Source of the DNA: a virus
Lineage: Duplodnaviria; Caudoviricetes
IMG/VR virus record: IMGVR_UViG_3300035501_000169
Span: 30,455 to 94,454 of that record
DNA: 64,000 bases
Direction: 5' to 3' (one strand)
Shown here: piece by piece, positions 10,877 to 21,073 of the stretch
Numbering within the stretch: the first letter of the stretch is position 1
How the letters are laid out: the number at the start of each line of letters is the position of its first letter
The notes under the pieces: model-generated
Database searches by the model: none
Told to the model about the DNA's origin: nothing
Seen by the model: only the letters and a program-made list of their open reading frames with translations
Translations under genes and position numbers: made by a program

Positions 10877-12075
10877 TTCTTTACAAAAGAAATGCTCAAG
10901 GAAAACCTATATTTTGGCAAATACAAGATTTAGGTGGTGCTATAGGTGTAAAATATGGTCTTGTTGGAAAAGAAGGTCATGTTGAAACTTATAAGACTCA
11001 TAGAAATGTTGAAGATGAAATAAAATCTGCAATTAAAGCTAAGCGAGATGAAGGATATAAAGCTCTTCAAGATTTATATGACAATGCTCCCGAAGATATA
11101 GATAAGGAACATCTTTTTCTATATCTTGACAGTTATCTTCCAAAATTTAACACACATAGTGATGGTGCTTTTATTCCTATGTTGTGTAAGACACTTGAAG
11201 ATAATAAGCCTTTTGAAAAAGGTAATTATTTTGGTCAATGGAAGATTAATGGTGAAAGGTGTATTATTACTGCAAGTATAACTAGCGGTTTATTTAGTGA
11301 AATCAAACTTCATTATCGTAGTCGTAAAGGTATTGATTGGACTAATAAACTTAGTTATCTGGATGGATATATAATACCTTGTATTCCTGATGATTTGCTT
11401 GATATGATGATTGAAGAAGGTGTAGGTCTTGATGGAGAACTTTATCTTCCTGGTTATTGTATTAATGAAATCAACTCTTTTATTAAGAATACTGAACTTC
11501 TACAACATTATAAACTCCAATTTTGGTGTTATGATTTGTGCATTGACAGTATGTCTGCTGCTGCTAGACAAGTTCAACTTGAAACTTGTTTTAGTAAATT
11601 TATCCCCGATATTAAGAGTAAAGAAGACCATTTGAATAATGAAAATATATTTGTAATGTTACCTAATGTAGATGTTATGGATATAAATAAAGCTATTCTT
11701 TATAGAGATAATTTTATTAATTTAGGATTTGAAGGTCTTGTTATTCGAGAAGAAGGAGCTGACTATCAATTTGGAGGTAGGCGTAATAATAGTATGCTTA
11801 AATTCAAAAAGAAAGAAGATGGTAAGTTTCTTATTATTGATATTATTCCAGAAGGAATTAAACGTAGTAATCTACCTAAATTTGTTCTTCGTAATGATAT
11901 TAATGATGAACTATTTGAATGTACTCTTAATGCTCCTCATGCTGTTCAAGAACAGATATTTGTTGATAAAGACAAATACATTAATGAATATATGTTAGTT
12001 GAATATAGAGAAAGAAGTGGTGTTAATCAAGTTCCTTTTCATGCTAAGGGTATAAAAATTCTTAATAATGGATAA
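10873..12075 (+). CDS. ATP-dependent DNA ligase
   Basis: WKINGER (motif I), LDGELY, FEGLVIR and MLKFK; WGR-like N-terminus. Confidence 0.9.
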   Translation: MILYKRNAQGKPIFWQIQDLGGAIGVKYGLVGKEGHVETYKTHRNVEDEIKSAIKAKRDEGYKALQDLYDNAPEDIDKEHLFLYLDSYLPKFNTHSDGAFIPMLCKTLEDNKPFEKGNYFGQWKINGERCIITASITSGLFSEIKLHYRSRKGIDWTNKLSYLDGYIIPCIPDDLLDMMIEEGVGLDGELYLPGYCINEINSFIKNTELLQHYKLQFWCYDLCIDSMSAAARQVQLETCFSKFIPDIKSKEDHLNNENIFVMLPNVDVMDINKAILYRDNFINLGFEGLVIREEGADYQFGGRRNNSMLKFKKKEDGKFLIIDIIPEGIKRSNLPKFVLRNDINDELFECTLNAPHAVQEQIFVDKDKYINEYMLVEYRERSGVNQVPFHAKGIKILNNG

Positions 12076-12238
12076 TTATTTAAGATGTGACATAGCTATA
12101 GGTAAAGATGATACTTGGTATCTTATTCCAACTATACGTGTTGATAAAAGTAAACTATATCTAGAAATACAATTTTATATATTTTGTTTCTATTTATATT
12201 CCGCATTTTGTATTAAAAATTATAATGATGAATCTTAA
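12068..12238 (+). CDS. small hypothetical protein (56 aa)
   Basis: ATG overlaps the ligase end; MDNYLRCDIA...NYNDES fills the gap to the next gene. Confidence 0.5.
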   Translation: MDNYLRCDIAIGKDDTWYLIPTIRVDKSKLYLEIQFYIFCFYLYSAFCIKNYNDES

Positions 12239-12584
12239 CGCATACGATAATGTTAAAGAAGAAATAGACAAAACTAAAACTTGGATTAATATTAAAAAAA
12301 AAGTTCTACTTAGTAGAGAAATTAATATTAAACCCTATAATTGTTTAATCAAAAGATATAATCCCGATTCAGCTTCTACATCTTATTTTATCGCAATGCT
12401 AAACAATCCTCCTGCAGATAGAAAGTGTAAATCCACTACTATTGATGATTATGGTAGACTTAAAGTTAGTCTTGCTAGTATTTGGAAAGATACTTATTTG
12501 GCTCAGCTTGAAAGTGATTGTAATATTGTGGTAAATTTGGCAGAAAGTGACGATGATGGTGATATTTATCTTTTGGATGTTTAA
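12225..12584 (+). CDS. hypothetical protein
   Basis: 119-aa ORF in the operon. Confidence 0.65.
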   Translation: MMNLNAYDNVKEEIDKTKTWINIKKKVLLSREINIKPYNCLIKRYNPDSASTSYFIAMLNNPPADRKCKSTTIDDYGRLKVSLASIWKDTYLAQLESDCNIVVNLAESDDDGDIYLLDV

Positions 12585-12587
12585 TCT

Positions 12588-12634
12588 AATGTAGTTCCTT
12601 ATGATATAATTTGTCTTAGGAACTACATTTCTTT
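12588..12634 (+). terminator. stem-loop / putative terminator
   Basis: aatgtagttcct ... aggaactacatt followed by tcttt. Confidence 0.6.
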
Positions 12635-12651
12635 AGCTCCCCGTAGAAGAT

Positions 12652-13107
12652 ATGAAACAAATAACTCAAATTAGTCCAGAGAGGGCTAAACAATTAGAAG
12701 AACTTGAACAATTTGAAAATGCTGCTATTACTATTGCAGTTATTTCTAAAGATTTAATTGATAAAATCTTTGCTAAGCATAAAGAACTTAAAGTCGGCTT
12801 TGCTGACACTAATGAACGTATAGCTTGGCAAAAGGTTAGAGATGGTGCTGCTAGTCTTGACCATGTAGCTTTTAATAGTCCTAATTGTGACTATAAAAGA
12901 TTCAAGAAAAGTGTTTTAATGGTGAAATTTCTAATGCTTGAACTTATTGCTCGTTGTGATGACAATAATATGAGAGTTTGGCAATTTCATAATCTACTTA
13001 AAACATTTAAACTTGTTTATCCTGCTGTTGCTCCTACAGTTGAAGATGAGCAGCAATCGTTTGCCGATTTGTTTGGCAAGGCAGATAATTCAGCGGAAAA
13101 CGGCTAA
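12652..13107 (+). CDS. hypothetical protein
   Basis: 151-aa ORF. Confidence 0.65.
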   Translation: MKQITQISPERAKQLEELEQFENAAITIAVISKDLIDKIFAKHKELKVGFADTNERIAWQKVRDGAASLDHVAFNSPNCDYKRFKKSVLMVKFLMLELIARCDDNNMRVWQFHNLLKTFKLVYPAVAPTVEDEQQSFADLFGKADNSAENG

Positions 13108-13212
13108 TTTGCTATCTCTCGTTCCTTGTATTGGCTTTTGTATGCTTATTTGATGAGTTGTTCATTTAGCCGATAAACTCTCTGAAATAGCTTCAAAATA
13201 TTTTATATAATA

Positions 13213-13244
13213 TTTGGTGCTATTAATATAATTAACTATATTTA
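13213..13244 (+). promoter_or_regulatory. Bacteroidota sigma-A-like promoter (variant)
   Basis: TTTG (13213) - 20 nt - TATATTTA (13237), close to the TTTG/TAnnTTTG consensus, upstream of ATG 13269. Confidence 0.4.
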
Positions 13245-13268
13245 CAAAACAATTCAAACTTAACACTT

Positions 13269-14744
13269 ATGGAAAGTGCTGAACTTAGTAAAGAAAAACG
13301 TGTTAGACATTGTTATCCGAGAAAGGAAGTTTATCACAGATGGATACATTCTCCTATGTATGTTTATCATTCGAGAAATCATGCTATTAGTGGTAAATAT
13401 AATTTTCTTGTAGTTGGTGATATTGGTCGAAATAATGATTTTGACAATATCGCAAGTTCTTGGTATTTGCTATCAAGAACTGTTGCTATCATTGATAGAG
13501 AAAGAAAAAGAATTATTATTAATAATTCTTTTAGAGAGCACGCTTGGTGTGTTAAAAATGCTCTACCTGATGATTATGAAAAGTTTTATACAGATGAAGA
13601 TATTCCTAGTATGGATATTCTTAATGATGATAATCTTTTGTATAAAACTCATGCTACGTATCTTGTAAAGCAATTTACAGATTATTATCTTAAACCACAG
13701 TATCATGCTCTTTATGGTCATATTAAAAAAGTATATAGTAGTGTTAGTAAAATATTTACTACTTATGTTAGACAATATAAAGACATTGAAGATTTTGTAA
13801 AGAAGTATAAAATCAAGAAATATGCTTGGTATAAAGAATCTCTTGTTAAAAACTACGATATTAGATATGTTGCTAGAGATTACAGTATTACTAAGCATAA
13901 TATTGATTTACCTTCTTTAATGAAGATTATAAATCGTACTGTGTTTACTCCTAAAGAACGTGAAATTCTTAAATTTAAGTATTTTTATAGTATGTATTGT
14001 TATGGATATGGTATTCCATATAATGATATTATTAAGAATTACTATAAAGAATTTACTTCTGAAGAAGCTTCTAAGTATTTTAATAAACGTTGTATTTATT
14101 TTAATCCTGATTGGATTAAAGAATATCCTATTAGCTTTGTTGAATTAGTACAAACTGTTCATAAAGCTAATAATAATAGACACTTAGCTTATATAAATGA
14201 GTGTAAGGAAAAGTCTAAAAAGAATTACGAAGAAGCTCTTGCTAAATTGAAAGAACTTGATAAAGAAGAGTATTCTGTTAACGATTGGCGAGAAGGTAAA
14301 ATTAAGCGTGCTCGATATGTTGAATATGAAGAATATTTCAATTATGGAAGAGAAAAAGGTTGGAGAACTGTTAAATTAAGTAGTTCTCGAATTAATGGAT
14401 TTCAGAATATTCAACTTAAACTTAAGAATGGTATAATTACTACTTCTAATCATGCTACAGTTTTATTAGATGATGCTATTAAATTATATAGATTCTTTGA
14501 AGTTTGTATTAATAAAGAACCTGACAATATTAAGTTTGATTTTAATGGTAAAAATATCAAAGTTGGTATTTATACTCTTCGACACTTCATATACAAAGGA
14601 AAGACTACCAATGCTGGTGATAATCTTGGATATAAAGAATGGGTTATTCAAATAGGTTGTCATAGTATTTGGTTTGATGATTTTCTTGATTTTGTTAAGT
14701 ATTATAAACTTGAAAATGAGTTTAACATTAAAAACATTGGATAA
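13269..14744 (+). CDS. hypothetical protein (491 aa, Tyr/Lys-rich)
   Basis: long ORF, no motif recognised. Confidence 0.7.
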   Translation: MESAELSKEKRVRHCYPRKEVYHRWIHSPMYVYHSRNHAISGKYNFLVVGDIGRNNDFDNIASSWYLLSRTVAIIDRERKRIIINNSFREHAWCVKNALPDDYEKFYTDEDIPSMDILNDDNLLYKTHATYLVKQFTDYYLKPQYHALYGHIKKVYSSVSKIFTTYVRQYKDIEDFVKKYKIKKYAWYKESLVKNYDIRYVARDYSITKHNIDLPSLMKIINRTVFTPKEREILKFKYFYSMYCYGYGIPYNDIIKNYYKEFTSEEASKYFNKRCIYFNPDWIKEYPISFVELVQTVHKANNNRHLAYINECKEKSKKNYEEALAKLKELDKEEYSVNDWREGKIKRARYVEYEEYFNYGREKGWRTVKLSSSRINGFQNIQLKLKNGIITTSNHATVLLDDAIKLYRFFEVCINKEPDNIKFDFNGKNIKVGIYTLRHFIYKGKTTNAGDNLGYKEWVIQIGCHSIWFDDFLDFVKYYKLENEFNIKNIG

Positions 14745-14756
14745 AATAGTAAAACT

Positions 14757-15077
14757 ATGAAAGAAATTAGCGATGAACTTTATTCTAGATTATTGTATCT
14801 AGGAATAGTTAATGACGAAACTGACGATACTCGTAATCACAATGTAGGTTATAGTGATTATTCTCAACATTTAGTTCAACCTTGGACTATATGGTTGGAA
14901 TATGGTCTTAGTCCTTGGGATGCTGACATTATCAAAAGAGTTCTAAGAACTAAAGATGATACTCCTAGAACTGAGGATTATGAAAAAATCATTCATATTT
15001 GTCAAGAACGTCTTAGACAAGTAAAGTATCAAAATAAAGTTGATGTTACTGACATTGACTTTGAAAATGTTGATTAA
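14757..15077 (+). CDS. DUF3310-like protein
   Basis: HNVGYSDY...QPWTIW...IIKRVLR...DYEKIIH pattern. Confidence 0.55.
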   Translation: MKEISDELYSRLLYLGIVNDETDDTRNHNVGYSDYSQHLVQPWTIWLEYGLSPWDADIIKRVLRTKDDTPRTEDYEKIIHICQERLRQVKYQNKVDVTDIDFENVD

Positions 15078-15080
15078 GAT

Positions 15081-15911
15081 ATGCAAATATTAGAACCTAA
15101 AGTTGAAGCTTGGCTTCCATTGTGTGGTATGGAAGAACATATAGCTCGTTGTGCTAGAGTTTGTTATGCCTCTAATAAAATAGGTGATAACTTTCTATTT
15201 GCTATGGCTCTTTGGAAAAATAATCATCGTAGTATGTTTAGACACGCTGGTGTTTATTATATTATTCCAAAGAAACTAGAAATAGACCCCAAAGCTTATA
15301 TAGATGCAGATGTTCATTTGCATGGTTTTAATTATTACGTTTCTACTAATGCTCAAGCTGCTAAAGAGTATTGGGATGAAAAATATCGTAAATATCGTAT
15401 TGATACAAACTCTGCTTTTATTGATAATAGTTATTTTAGAAAAGATAAAACTCTAAGAATAACTATGTGTATTACTACAGGTATTGATATAACTCGTGAA
15501 TTTAATCGTAAATCTCCTAATGCTATTGCTGAACAAAGTACCCGTTATGTTGATTTTATCAAGAAAATTGGTATTCGTTTTAAACAATGTCATTGGATGT
15601 ATGGACTTAGTATTTATAAATATTGTCTTACTAGATTTATGGCTAAAACTGCTGAGTTATTCTATAGAATATCTCGTAGTAAATATGGACTTAATCTTCC
15701 TCCAGAAGATGCACGTTGGATTCTTCCTCTTGATACAATGAGTAAAGTAGTTTATACTTATACTATTGCTGAATGGGAAAGAATTATTAATATGCGTCTT
15801 TGGGACTCTACTGGTAAAGCTCATCCTGATGCTAAAGCTGTTGCTACAAAGATTAAAGATGAGCTTGAAAGAATAGGTTTCACAATTGAAAAATATAATA
15901 GTAAAACTTAA
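15081..15911 (+). CDS. thyX: flavin-dependent thymidylate synthase
   Basis: ARCARVCY, HRSMFRH, REFNRK-x7-QSTRY, EDARWILP and AHPD. Confidence 0.85.
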   Translation: MQILEPKVEAWLPLCGMEEHIARCARVCYASNKIGDNFLFAMALWKNNHRSMFRHAGVYYIIPKKLEIDPKAYIDADVHLHGFNYYVSTNAQAAKEYWDEKYRKYRIDTNSAFIDNSYFRKDKTLRITMCITTGIDITREFNRKSPNAIAEQSTRYVDFIKKIGIRFKQCHWMYGLSIYKYCLTRFMAKTAELFYRISRSKYGLNLPPEDARWILPLDTMSKVVYTYTIAEWERIINMRLWDSTGKAHPDAKAVATKIKDELERIGFTIEKYNSKT

Positions 15912-15916
15912 ATCAA

Positions 15917-16096
15917 ATGAAACAAAATCTTTATTGTAGATTTGGTAATATTCATAAATATGAAGTCTACAAAGAAATAGAGGTTAAAGACCCTAAAGGA
16001 AATGTGATTGGTATTAACATAGTTTCTAGGTGTACAAACTGTGGTAAGATAACTAATAAAGTTGTTTATACTGAAGAGCCTTATGGAAAATACTAA
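15917..16096 (+). CDS. small Cys/His (zinc-ribbon-like) protein (59 aa)
   Basis: MKQNLYCRFGNIHKY...RCTNCGK; below the ORF-track cutoff. Confidence 0.6.
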   Translation: MKQNLYCRFGNIHKYEVYKEIEVKDPKGNVIGINIVSRCTNCGKITNKVVYTEEPYGKY

Positions 16097-16283
16097 TCAA
16101 GGTTATCTTTATCTGTTCGATTTTACATATCCGGCTATATATGAAATCGAACTATCTTATGAAGATGGAGATAAAGATATAGATGATATTCTCAAAGAGT
16201 ATGGTCTTAGTACTGAAATTTGTGAATATATGTATAGCCAAAATAAATTAAATATAGAACCAATTCAAAAAGAAGAAAAATGA
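16083..16283 (+). CDS. small acidic hypothetical protein
   Basis: ATG 16083 (MENTNQG...) overlaps the upstream stop. Confidence 0.55.
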   Translation: MENTNQGYLYLFDFTYPAIYEIELSYEDGDKDIDDILKEYGLSTEICEYMYSQNKLNIEPIQKEEK

Positions 16284-16573
16284 TTTGTTTAATAATTAGT
16301 ATAACTATTGTTCTTTGTGCTTTAATTCTAGCTTTTGTTAAAGTAATTAATATGTATTTCAAGTTTGTAAAAGATAGACAAGAAATTGACTCTCTCAATG
16401 ACCTTGTTCTTATATCTTATTTACTTGAAAATATAGATACTAAGTATCTTGTAGATGATGTTACTAAACAACTTGATAGAATTAAACATATTACTGATTT
16501 CTATCGTAGAATAGCAGATTATAACGATACTGATATTGAAGAAATAGTAAAAGAAGCTAAAGACAATGAGTAA
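16280..16573 (+). CDS. single-pass membrane protein
   Basis: N-terminal hydrophobic stretch LIISITIVLCALILAFV. Confidence 0.6.
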   Translation: MICLIISITIVLCALILAFVKVINMYFKFVKDRQEIDSLNDLVLISYLLENIDTKYLVDDVTKQLDRIKHITDFYRRIADYNDTDIEEIVKEAKDNE

Positions 16574-17327
16574 TATATATCAAATTTCACAAGAACTTCT
16601 CTCTATTTTTGATGAAATAGAAGAGAATGGTGGAGAACTTACTCCAGAACTTGAAAAAGCTTTAGAAGTCAATAGAGCTTCTTTTGCTAGTAAAGTTAAG
16701 GATTATACTAATGTCATCAAAATGATGCAAACTGATATTGCTGCAATAAAAGACGAAAAAGCTCGTCTTAGTGACCTTCAAAAGTCTAAAGAAAAGACTA
16801 TTGAACGTCTAAAGAAAGTCTTAATGCAAGCTATCGAACAGTTTGGTGATGATAGTAAAAATGGTAGTAAATTTGTTGATTTTGGCACTGGTAAAGTCTT
16901 TGTTAGAAATACTCAAGTAGTTGAGGTTGATGAAGATGCTACTAATCGTTTTGTCAATAGATTTATGGCTGCTCTGTCTTGGTATAATATGGCTAATCAA
17001 CTTGACCAAAGTATAGTTGATTATAACGAAATTCTCGATTATTGTAATACTAAGACAGAAGATGAAGAAAATGATGATGTCGAAATTACTAAGTTTACAG
17101 AAGAAGATTTAGAGAAACTTACTGCTTCTATTAATGTAGAAGCTGACATTCATAATTTACTTCGTTCGCCTCGTGGTTTTAATTTGCTTAAAGCTTTAGT
17201 TGAATATCATTCATTTAAAGTTGAATCTAAAGTAAATAAAACTGATATTAAACGTGAAGCAAAAGAAACTAATACTCTTCCTTCTTTTGCTAAATTTGCT
17301 ACAAGTAAATCTGTTACTATTAAATAA
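16566..17327 (+). CDS. Siphovirus Gp157-like protein
   Basis: MSNIYQI...ENGGELTPE...coiled coil...KTDIK...SVTIK. Confidence 0.8.
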   Translation: MSNIYQISQELLSIFDEIEENGGELTPELEKALEVNRASFASKVKDYTNVIKMMQTDIAAIKDEKARLSDLQKSKEKTIERLKKVLMQAIEQFGDDSKNGSKFVDFGTGKVFVRNTQVVEVDEDATNRFVNRFMAALSWYNMANQLDQSIVDYNEILDYCNTKTEDEENDDVEITKFTEEDLEKLTASINVEADIHNLLRSPRGFNLLKALVEYHSFKVESKVNKTDIKREAKETNTLPSFAKFATSKSVTIK

Positions 17328-17328
17328 T

Positions 17329-17517
17329 ATGTTTGCAGAGTTAAAACTTGACAAAGGTATCACTCTAGAAGACTTAAGAGAGTTTGTTAATAACAAGCTC
17401 TCTAGTCTTCCAGGTGATACTCCTGTTTGTGTCAGTAATACGTTTCTTGACATAGACCCACTAAAGTGTACACTTATATGTGCAGATGAAATTAGTGTTG
17501 TATTTTATAAAGATTAA
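17329..17517 (+). CDS. small hypothetical protein
   Basis: ATG 17329 (MFAELKLDKG...) directly after the Gp157 stop. Confidence 0.55.
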   Translation: MFAELKLDKGITLEDLREFVNNKLSSLPGDTPVCVSNTFLDIDPLKCTLICADEISVVFYKD

Positions 17518-17523
17518 ATTATT

Positions 17524-18585
17524 ATGAGTCGTTATACAGTTAATGGTGCCCCTTGGGCAATTGGTAAAGATGTTTCTGATTGTAAAACTTCTTTTGAAGT
17601 TATGCAAAAAGCTGGTCTTGATTTCATTGTAGACAAATGTGACCTTATGGCTCGTATGCCATTTGGTATTAAACGTAATAATGTCGTAAATGAAATTGCA
17701 GGTGAATTTTCTCGTGATGGTTATATCTATCGAGAATTAACAAATGCTTATGCTACATATCGTGCTGATACAAGTGAACCTCTTGGTCTTGTTAAAGCTA
17801 AATATGAAGTAGTTCAAAATCGTGATGCATTTAGATTCTTCGATGATGCTATCGGAGATGGTATGGCACAATGGGATAAAGCAGGTATTCTTAATGGTGG
17901 TCGAAAGATTTATCTTAGTGCTAAGCTTCCTGTTGAAACTCGTGTAGGTCAAGATAAAATTGATAATTACCTTGTATTTAGTAATTCACATGACGGAACT
18001 AGTTCTGTTAATATTATGTTTACTCCTATTCGAGTTATTTGTACTAATATGCTAAATTCGGCACTTAAATCTGCTGATAGTTATATTCGTATTCGTCATA
18101 CTCAATCTGTAAGAGAGCAACTTCGTCATGGAGCTGAAATTCTTAATATTGCTTGTAAACACGCTCAATCTGCTCAAGAGTTTTATGAAAGTCTTACTAA
18201 GATTAGAATGAGTGATGACCAAGTTATGGAATATCTTGCTAATCTTCAACTTAATGATAAAGAACGTGAAGCTCTTCTTGAGTTTGATAATAAAAACGGT
18301 TATAAGAAACTAATTCTTAAAGACTATCTTACAATGGAACGTACTGGTATTAGCCAACGTAAAGCTAATCAAATTGCTAGTACTTTTGAGTATTATCTTG
18401 ATGGTATTGGTCAGAAACACATTGCAGGCACTGCTTGGGGTGCGTATAATGCTGTAACTGGTTTCTATTGTAATGTAGCTAATCTTGAAGGCGAGAAACG
18501 AGTAGATTCACTTCTCTACGGGGGAGCTAATAGCAATATGATTAAAGCTATGAATCAAGTTATTGCTTATAGTGATGCTGCTTGA
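17524..18585 (+). CDS. DUF932 (LGT_TIGR03299-like) protein
   Basis: YEVVQNRDAF, NSHDGTSS, TPIRVICTN, IRHT and GTAWGAYNAVT. Confidence 0.85.
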   Translation: MSRYTVNGAPWAIGKDVSDCKTSFEVMQKAGLDFIVDKCDLMARMPFGIKRNNVVNEIAGEFSRDGYIYRELTNAYATYRADTSEPLGLVKAKYEVVQNRDAFRFFDDAIGDGMAQWDKAGILNGGRKIYLSAKLPVETRVGQDKIDNYLVFSNSHDGTSSVNIMFTPIRVICTNMLNSALKSADSYIRIRHTQSVREQLRHGAEILNIACKHAQSAQEFYESLTKIRMSDDQVMEYLANLQLNDKEREALLEFDNKNGYKKLILKDYLTMERTGISQRKANQIASTFEYYLDGIGQKHIAGTAWGAYNAVTGFYCNVANLEGEKRVDSLLYGGANSNMIKAMNQVIAYSDAA

Positions 18586-18651
18586 TGAGTTAAACTTAAT
18601 TATCGCCCTCCCCCGTAGAAAGGTGAAATTTTAGTTATGTCACATTAAAAT

Positions 18652-18704
18652 TAATCTCCACAAAGTTGTAATATTAAATTTAATTACTATCTTTGTGGAG
18701 ATTA
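18652..18704. promoter_or_regulatory. long inverted repeat overlapping a TAnnTTTG promoter element
   Basis: taatctccacaaag...ctttgtggagatta; TATCTTTG at 18688-18695 upstream of dut. Confidence 0.5.
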
Positions 18705-18732
18705 TTGTTTAATCATTCTAATATTAGAAATA

Positions 18733-19176
18733 ATGAACGTAAAAGTTAAAAAACTTGTAGAAGAAGCTATTATTCCTTCTTATGCTAAAAAAGGTGATGC
18801 AGGACTTGACCTTACTGCTGTATCTTATGAATATGACAAAGATAAAGATTGCCATATTTATGGTACAGGTCTTGCATTTGAAATTCCAGAAGGTCATGTA
18901 GGATTACTTTTTCCTCGTAGTAGTAATCGTAAAACTGATGCCTATTTGTGTAATCATGTAGGTGTAGTTGATAGCGGTTATAGAGGTGAAGTAATGTTTA
19001 GTTTTAAAAACCGTGATAAAGGTGATGAAATTCCGCAACTTGTTAAACCTTATAATGTAGGTGATAGAGTTGGTCAACTTATCATTCTTCCTTTCCCTGA
19101 AATTAATCTTGTTGAAAGTGATGAACTTTCTGAAACAGAACGTGGAACAGGTGGTCATGGTCATACTGGTGCTTAA
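18733..19176 (+). CDS. dut: trimeric dUTPase
   Basis: AGLDL, PRSS, GVVDSGYRGE, GQL and RGTGGHGHTG. Confidence 0.95.
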   Translation: MNVKVKKLVEEAIIPSYAKKGDAGLDLTAVSYEYDKDKDCHIYGTGLAFEIPEGHVGLLFPRSSNRKTDAYLCNHVGVVDSGYRGEVMFSFKNRDKGDEIPQLVKPYNVGDRVGQLIILPFPEINLVESDELSETERGTGGHGHTGA

Positions 19177-19204
19177 AACAATTAACAATTAAAATATTCT
19201 AATT

Positions 19205-19498
19205 ATGAATACTTATCAAACTAAACTTATAAAAGAACACAGTGAACTTGTTGGTCGTATTGATCGTCTTCAACTTTGGATTTATGGAGAAGGTCAACAT
19301 CGAGATGACAAAATAGAATATGCTAATAAAGCTATTCAACTTGCTGCCATGAAAAAATATGAAGAAGCTCTTCGTGCTCGTATTGAAAATACAGGTATTG
19401 TTTTTGAACAAGGTCAATATTTTGAACGTGTTACTCCTGAAAGCGAGCCTGTTTCTACTAGTACCGGAAGTGATAATGACATAGATAATGGAAAGTAA
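19205..19498 (+). CDS. conserved crAss-like coiled-coil hypothetical protein
   Basis: EHSELVGRIDRL...QLAAMKKYEEALRARI. Confidence 0.6.
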   Translation: MNTYQTKLIKEHSELVGRIDRLQLWIYGEGQHRDDKIEYANKAIQLAAMKKYEEALRARIENTGIVFEQGQYFERVTPESEPVSTSTGSDNDIDNGK

Positions 19499-19757
19499 AG
19501 ATATTTATCTTGTTAAAACTCATGGTTGCAGTGCTTGTAAATTAATGGAATATATTCTTAAAGAAGTATTACAAGATAGAACTGATATTAATTATTCAAT
19601 ACTGTACAGAGATGAAGCTATAGTTCAATTTAATAAAGTTGAATTTAAAGATTTTCCTTCTGTTGTATTTGTAAAAAATGGTGAAGTTCTAATGACATTT
19701 ACAGGTACTTGTTCAGCTAAAAGAGTTAAAACTCTTATGAATGAATTAGGCTTTTGA
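19488..19757 (+). CDS. thioredoxin-like protein
   Basis: CSAC redox motif and cis-Pro FPSVVFVKNG. Confidence 0.85.
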   Translation: MESKDIYLVKTHGCSACKLMEYILKEVLQDRTDINYSILYRDEAIVQFNKVEFKDFPSVVFVKNGEVLMTFTGTCSAKRVKTLMNELGF

Positions 19758-19773
19758 GATTGATTGATAATTT

Positions 19774-19807
19774 GAAGTAGTAGAAATACTACTCCTATTT
19801 TTTTTTG
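19774..19807 (+). terminator. intrinsic terminator
   Basis: agtagta-GAAA-tactact plus long T-run. Confidence 0.75.
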
Positions 19808-19812
19808 TTCTT

Positions 19813-20892
19813 ATGGATAATAAACATATTATAGAAAATTGTCAAAAGTTTATTCAAAGATATGGTTATACTATGAAAGAATTAGTTGATTGCGATTATG
19901 ACATTGCATCAATTGATTATTTGAATAAACATATATTTGGTAATCCTAATGCTGAATATGGAGAATTTTATAGTCCAAAAGCTTATATTGTTCTTTGTCT
20001 TCATTTAGCGTTTTGGCATAGTCCTGCTTGTGTTCTTAATTTCTTTAAGACATCTTTTACTGAGTATCATAATGTTGAATTGTTCAATATCATAGATTTA
20101 GGCGATGATATTTATAGCATTCTAACTGATAATTACTCTCCTTCTAATATATACGAACATTTTGATGTTTATACTACTTTCAACAAACATATAAATAAAG
20201 AACTTGTTCATGATTATAAAAAGGCTTGTAGAGTTCTTATTAGTAAAATGTTTAACGAACAAGACAATTGGTTTGGAGAAGATTATGTTGATAACGTAAT
20301 GCTTGTAAATTATATTACTCTTCATGAACACAATCTTCTAGTTAGGCTTTGTACTAATAAAGGAATTTGTGTTTCTGGCAGTCTTGGTATGGCTTTATGT
20401 GGAACTATATATCGTTCTAAAATTAAAGATATAGACTTTGTTCTAAGTTCTGATTGGCTTACTTCGGAAATTAATGGTATTATTGATGAAGAAATTGACC
20501 ATAATACTGTAATAGGAAAACATAGAGTTGATATTGAAAATCTACTTTGTAGTAAATTTAATGAAACTCGTATTTATACTTTACTTAAAGGCATTACTAC
20601 TAAACCAGTTGAAGTTAAAAAGTGTTGTATTGATAGATGTACAGTTTATGATAGAACTATAAAGTGTTGCTATATTGTTTCTATTGATAATAAAGACTAT
20701 GATTTTATTGTTAGAGATAAATTAGTTACTCAAACGGCTAATTGTTTTAATGCTACTATAAATGTTCAATCTGTTAAAGATATGATAGTTACTAAAAAAC
20801 TTCTTGGTAGACCTAAAGATTATCAAGACTTGAAACACTACAAGTTATATCAGTATTGCTTTGACCGAATAGACGATGATAGGCTATTTTAG
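19813..20892 (+). CDS. protein with a C-terminal nucleotidyltransferase (Pol-beta superfamily) domain
   Basis: VSGSLGMAL...IKDIDFV (GS...DxD) and KKLLGRPKDYQDL. Confidence 0.65.
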   Translation: MDNKHIIENCQKFIQRYGYTMKELVDCDYDIASIDYLNKHIFGNPNAEYGEFYSPKAYIVLCLHLAFWHSPACVLNFFKTSFTEYHNVELFNIIDLGDDIYSILTDNYSPSNIYEHFDVYTTFNKHINKELVHDYKKACRVLISKMFNEQDNWFGEDYVDNVMLVNYITLHEHNLLVRLCTNKGICVSGSLGMALCGTIYRSKIKDIDFVLSSDWLTSEINGIIDEEIDHNTVIGKHRVDIENLLCSKFNETRIYTLLKGITTKPVEVKKCCIDRCTVYDRTIKCCYIVSIDNKDYDFIVRDKLVTQTANCFNATINVQSVKDMIVTKKLLGRPKDYQDLKHYKLYQYCFDRIDDDRLF

Positions 20893-21000
20893 CCCATAGG
20901 AGCTTATCTGTTGGACTTTATATGCTAAGTTGATAAGTTGTTAAGGATTGAAATAAATTGGCTGAAATTGAAAGTTAATTTATTAAATTTGGTATTATGT

Positions 21001-21039
21001 AGAGCAAGTGGAGTTTTATCTTCATTTGCTCTTTTTTTT
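21001..21039 (+). terminator. intrinsic terminator ending the + strand block
   Basis: agagcaagtggag-ttttat-cttcatttgctct plus T-run. Confidence 0.85.
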
Positions 21040-21073
21040 AATCTTTAGTTGGAACACATTCGGTACACATAAT

